A DNA stretch of 64,000 nucleotides from Candidatus Poribacteria bacterium. GTDB taxonomy: Bacteria; Poribacteria; WGA-4E; JAJDTR01. The notes beneath the pieces were generated by a model, which saw nothing but the letters and a program-made list of their open reading frames with translations, was not told the origin of the DNA and did not search any database. The stretch is taken from assembly GCA_965222225.1 (NCBI GenBank), contig CBDCTK010000002.1, forward strand, positions 800,001 through 864,000, read 5' to 3'. Made by a program: the position numbers and the translations under genes. Positions 60,283 to 64,000 of this stretch are shown here, in pieces (position 1 is the first letter of the stretch; each line of letters starts with the position of its first letter).

Positions 60283-61458
60283 TTAAACGCTATCAATTTT
60301 AACCAATTCCGGCTCAATACGCAGAATTCGATCGTCGTCCGGGGTTGGCTTTCCCCGCCCGTCTCGATTGCTCGTAGCAAGATAAATCTGCCCGTTAGGT
60401 CCCACTAGGACATCACGTAGTCGCCCAAACTCACCTTCAAACAATAACTCTTCATCAACCGCACGACTGCCATCTGGGGAGAGGATTAATCTTACGAGCG
60501 CGGCTCCTCTAAGCGACGTGAAGAGGAGATTCCCTTTCCAGCCGGGGATGAGATCGGCGTTGTAGAAATCTGCGCCGCAAGGAGCTACAGTTGGCGTCCA
60601 AGTTGCCACCGGTTCGACAACACTATTTTCCTTGCAAAAATCCTCTTCCAGACGAACATCGTTATCGCAAAAACCGCGAACGTTAGGCCACCCATAGTTC
60701 CGTCCAATCTCAACTCGGTTGACCTCATCGTTATCCGCCGGACCGTGTTCTGTCAAGTAGAGGTCGTCCATCTCAGGATGAAAGGCCAATCCCTGGGCAT
60801 TACGATGCCCGTATGAGTATACTGTCGTGCCAAACGGATTTCCCGGCGCGGGTTGACCATCCAATGTGAAGCGGAGTACTTTTCCCGCAACGGAGTCAAG
60901 GTCCTGAGAAAGATTTGGCCGGCCGGCATCTCCAGTGGTCATATAGAGAAATCGGTCTCGTCCTATCCCAAGCCGAGATCCGTTGTGAATACCGGCACCA
61001 GGGATGTTATCCAGCAGAATTTCTGTGGCACCGAGCGAAACGCCGTCGAAGCGCATCCTCACCAGCCGATTCCGTATTTCGCGGCCGACGCTAAAAGAGT
61101 GAGCGAGGTAGACAAACGGTTGTGCACCAAAGTCGGGGTGGAAAGCCATTCCCATCAAGCCGCTTTCGCCAACCTCTGTCACCCCAACCACCCCAACTTG
61201 CGTCGCATGACCCCTGGCGGGATCGACGCGATGAATTGTCCCCCTGCGCTCCGTCACCCAAATCACATCGTCAGGTCCCCACGCGATGTCCCACGGCGTG
61301 TCTAACCCGGACGTAAGCGTTTCAACGCGAAGGTTACCTAAGGTAATCAGTCCGTCGTCAATGGAATCGCTCAGAAGGTTCTCAACTCCTGAACACCCGC
61401 ATAGCCAGTGGGCAGAAATCCCTATAGGGATGACTCTAATGAAGTCGCGCCGCCTCAT
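60283..61458 (-). CDS. PQQ-dependent sugar dehydrogenase (GSDH family), Tat lipoprotein
   Basis: MRRRDFI Tat motif + LCGC lipobox; PWDIAW, GLMGMAFHP, HNGSRL, GHRNAQG, EHG, GRLRDV. Confidence 0.9.
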   Translation of the reverse strand: MRRRDFIRVIPIGISAHWLCGCSGVENLLSDSIDDGLITLGNLRVETLTSGLDTPWDIAWGPDDVIWVTERRGTIHRVDPARGHATQVGVVGVTEVGESGLMGMAFHPDFGAQPFVYLAHSFSVGREIRNRLVRMRFDGVSLGATEILLDNIPGAGIHNGSRLGIGRDRFLYMTTGDAGRPNLSQDLDSVAGKVLRFTLDGQPAPGNPFGTTVYSYGHRNAQGLAFHPEMDDLYLTEHGPADNDEVNRVEIGRNYGWPNVRGFCDNDVRLEEDFCKENSVVEPVATWTPTVAPCGADFYNADLIPGWKGNLLFTSLRGAALVRLILSPDGSRAVDEELLFEGEFGRLRDVLVGPNGQIYLATSNRDGRGKPTPDDDRILRIEPELVKIDSV

Positions 61459-61481
61459 TCGGCAGAATTCCAATTCATCGT

Positions 61482-62789
61482 TTATGCGCTGTTATCTTGA
61501 CGACGATCCGTGACTCGACGCGCTTTTAACTCGAATCGCGGTAGTGACCCCTGATTGACTAACTTGACAGCTACGCGTAGACCCAAGGCTCTTCGAATTG
61601 CTTTAACAACCTCATCTCCTAGGGCACGACATTCAGGCGTGCTGGCTTCCAACCGAATCTCCATCTCATCAAGCGCCCCACGACGGTAAACGTCTACCGC
61701 AAACTCTCCAACTTCAGGAAAACTGCGCACGATGTTCTCAATCGTACTCGGATAGACGTTGACACCACGAATGATTAGCGCGTCGTCTAGTCGCCCAATC
61801 ACACCGCCTTCCAGACGCCGATACGAGAGACCACAGCCGCACTCCCCGGAATGCAGCCTCACATGATCGCCCGTCCGGTACCGAATAGCAGGCATACATA
61901 GGCGCCCAAGATTCGTAATTATCAATTCACCTTCATTTGCATAGCTGCCTGTTGTCGGGTCAAAAACCTCAAATATGAACTCACGCTCGTTCAGATGAAC
62001 ACCATCTTGTGCCCGGCACTCAAACCCCCAAGCGCCGACCTCCGTTGCCCCAACATGGTCATAACACTTTGCACCCCACGCAGTTTCAATGCGGCGCTTC
62101 GTTGACGGTATGCTCGCTCCCGGCTCTCCCGCATGAATCGTGACACGGACGCTCGATTTGGCAATATCTATACCCTCTGTTTCTGCAACCTCGGCGAGGT
62201 GGAGCGCGTAGGTCGGAGTACAAACAAGAACCGAAATGTCGTTAAACAGAATTGCCGACAGCCGCTGAAGCGACGTCATCCCGCCTCCGGGAATCGATAA
62301 AGCGCCGATTTGCGCTGCCCCTTCATACGCACTCCAAAAGCCGATAAAGGGACCGAACGAAAATGCAAATAAGATGCGATCCGCGGACGTTACTCCTGTG
62401 GCATCATAAACTGTTTTCCAGCACTGCGCCCACCAGCTCCAACTTTCCGCAGTGTCTAGCCAGCGTAACGGTGCGCCAGTAGTTCCGGACGTCTGATGAA
62501 TTCGGACGTATTGGTCATGGGAGTAGGTATGATTTGTGCCATACGGCGGATTGGAAGTCTGATCTTTGGATAGGTTCTCTTTTGTAGTGAACGGCAAGCG
62601 TCGAATATCGTCAAGTGAGAAGAATTTATCCTCTTCACGAATTCCCGCAGACCGTAGTTTTGTCTGATAAAACGTATTTCCTTTCAGCACTGAAGAAATC
62701 ACACGTTGCAGCTTCTCCAGTTGAATCGTCGTCAACCCATCTCGATCAATCGGTTCAATTGCAGGCGAAGTCCTGTCTTTACTGCTCAT
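61482..62789 (-). CDS. Phenylacetate-CoA ligase (PaaK/F390) family protein
   Basis: LPFTTK, HQTSGTTG, CTPTYAL, AGEPG, GATE, RYRTGD, GRLDD..IIRGVNVYP. Confidence 0.9.
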   Translation of the reverse strand: MSSKDRTSPAIEPIDRDGLTTIQLEKLQRVISSVLKGNTFYQTKLRSAGIREEDKFFSLDDIRRLPFTTKENLSKDQTSNPPYGTNHTYSHDQYVRIHQTSGTTGAPLRWLDTAESWSWWAQCWKTVYDATGVTSADRILFAFSFGPFIGFWSAYEGAAQIGALSIPGGGMTSLQRLSAILFNDISVLVCTPTYALHLAEVAETEGIDIAKSSVRVTIHAGEPGASIPSTKRRIETAWGAKCYDHVGATEVGAWGFECRAQDGVHLNEREFIFEVFDPTTGSYANEGELIITNLGRLCMPAIRYRTGDHVRLHSGECGCGLSYRRLEGGVIGRLDDALIIRGVNVYPSTIENIVRSFPEVGEFAVDVYRRGALDEMEIRLEASTPECRALGDEVVKAIRRALGLRVAVKLVNQGSLPRFELKARRVTDRRQDNSA

Positions 62790-62802
62790 ATGCGTGATTG
62801 TG

Positions 62803-63474
62803 TCAGCTCTTGCGCGCTGTGCCATTTGTAGCGCTTATGAGTTCCTCAAGCGACATATCTGCCAAAGAGAACAACTGCAGATCAGCCAATTCAAACGACG
62901 AATGCCGTGTGATTGCATTTGGAACTGCCACACAGAATATACCGGCTCGTTTGGCAGCTGTCACGCCGTTGAGCGAATCCTCAAATACTATGGCTTCGTC
63001 CTCCGCCACCCTTAATTCTTGCAAAGCTTCCAGATACAGGGCAGGATCGGGCTTTACTCGCTCAACGTCCTCAGAACATTTAATCGTACTAAAGTGATGT
63101 TCGAGTTTCAATCTGGATAAGTTGTCGACTACCCAACTCCTCGGAGAGCTGGAAGCAACACCGAGCCGTAGTCCTAGTGTTTGGGCCTCGGCGATTCGAT
63201 CTTTTACGCCAGGCAAGACCGATTGCAAATCTATCAAACTGCTCTTCAGCGCATTCCGTTTCTGATGGAGTTCCGCTCGATCGAGGGGGTGTCCAAGCTG
63301 TGCTTCAAGATAGTCATACGGGTCAAAGGCATCTGCTGTACCAACGCACTTCAACCACTCCGATATGGGCAACGAGCAACCGTAGTCTTGATATATTTCC
63401 TGCCAAGATTGGTAGACGGGACTTTCAGTGTCAAGGATAAGTCCATCGAAATCGAAGATTACAGCCTTTATCAT
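62803..63474 (-). CDS. HAD-superfamily phosphatase (IA variant 3)
   Basis: IFDFDGLILDTE, VASSS, KPDP, FEDSLNG. Confidence 0.92.
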   Translation of the reverse strand: MIKAVIFDFDGLILDTESPVYQSWQEIYQDYGCSLPISEWLKCVGTADAFDPYDYLEAQLGHPLDRAELHQKRNALKSSLIDLQSVLPGVKDRIAEAQTLGLRLGVASSSPRSWVVDNLSRLKLEHHFSTIKCSEDVERVKPDPALYLEALQELRVAEDEAIVFEDSLNGVTAAKRAGIFCVAVPNAITRHSSFELADLQLFSLADMSLEELISATNGTARKS

Positions 63475-63475
63475 G

Positions 63476-64000
63476 TTAATTTTTCTTGATTTTCCCCCAA
63501 ACCGACGCAAGCTTGAACATAGGTTCAACAGCGGTTGACACAACTCCGGCGTCATATTCTTCGACAGTCATTAGAATTTCTGGTCCGATGTTTGCCACAA
63601 CGCCTCCCAGAGCATAAACCTTTCCATCAACTTCCCCCGACTGCAGGAAGACACGGGGCGTAGGCATATTCAGCTTTGTCGTCCATTGATCGAGCGCCGG
63701 GTAGTATTCCTCTACGGCCTGAACACCCGGTCCTTGGATGAATGTTGTTCCGCCGATGGTATAAATCCTATCATTCAGGACCTCAGCCGCAAATGCGGTT
63801 CGTCCTGTTGGCATATCTGTTTTGGTAGCCCATGAATCTGTTAGCGGGTCGTATTCCTCAACCATTGACAAGACTGGCCCCTGAACCGCAGGTGCTCCGC
63901 CAATAACGTAAATTTTTCCATTGACGGCTGCAGCAGCCATACCCGATCTCGGATTTGGCATATCCGCTTTCCTTGTCCACGAGTCCGTCGCTGGATCATA
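63476..64000 (-). CDS. Kelch-repeat protein (5' end outside window) with conserved C-terminal motif
   Basis: Repeats of GKIYVIGG…VEEYDP..D.W..K.DMPT.R; ends AVEPMFKLASVWGKIKKN. Confidence 0.92.
   Translation of the reverse strand, partial: YDPATDSWTRKADMPNPRSGMAAAAVNGKIYVIGGAPAVQGPVLSMVEEYDPLTDSWATKTDMPTGRTAFAAEVLNDRIYTIGGTTFIQGPGVQAVEEYYPALDQWTTKLNMPTPRVFLQSGEVDGKVYALGGVVANIGPEILMTVEEYDAGVVSTAVEPMFKLASVWGKIKKN

Noticed and set aside
1-64000. tRNA, rRNA, prophage, integron or defence-system genes
   Set aside because: No cloverleaf/T-loop context, rRNA signature, integrase, phage structural gene or recognisable defence domain was seen by eye; a tRNAscan/Rfam run would be needed to exclude small RNAs.

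Overview
Gene-dense bacterial chromosomal window, most likely Candidatus Poribacteria or a relative. This is inferred from a Kelch protein ending in an 'AVEPxxKLAxxWGxIK'-type motif, a PhyH dioxygenase and an FGE-sulfatase-domain protein. It holds a def-fmt-PASTA-rpe housekeeping block and a 13.7-kb atypical type II secretion/type IV pilus hybrid operon (gspE,F,G,H,I,J,K, pilM-pilN fusion, giant gspM/pilO, six-N-repeat secretin). It also holds central-carbon genes (ppc, fba, 2-oxoacid:ferredoxin oxidoreductase preceded by two CBS proteins, a Rieske-TPP oxidase fusion, GH32), argG, an M6 metalloprotease with a T9SS-like C-terminal domain, and a long minus-strand run (Kelch, HAD, CoA ligase, PQQ sugar dehydrogenase, flavin halogenase, TAXI-TRAP with DUF1080). 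Mobile and decayed DNA: two IS elements with visible ends (IS5/IS1031-like intact; IS982-like broken by a 22-bp duplication), several pseudogenes, and a ~92-bp structured intergenic repeat present in four copies. Best candidates for something undescribed: (1) the T2SS/T4P hybrid with ComEA-like helix-hairpin-helix repeats in both GspK and GspM and an elongated secretin with Arg/Trp-rich loops; (2) two distinct candidate C-terminal sorting signals; (3) the dispersed hairpin repeat/REPIN-like family. No rRNA, tRNA or CRISPR array was seen. All family calls are from motif recognition by eye, not database searches.
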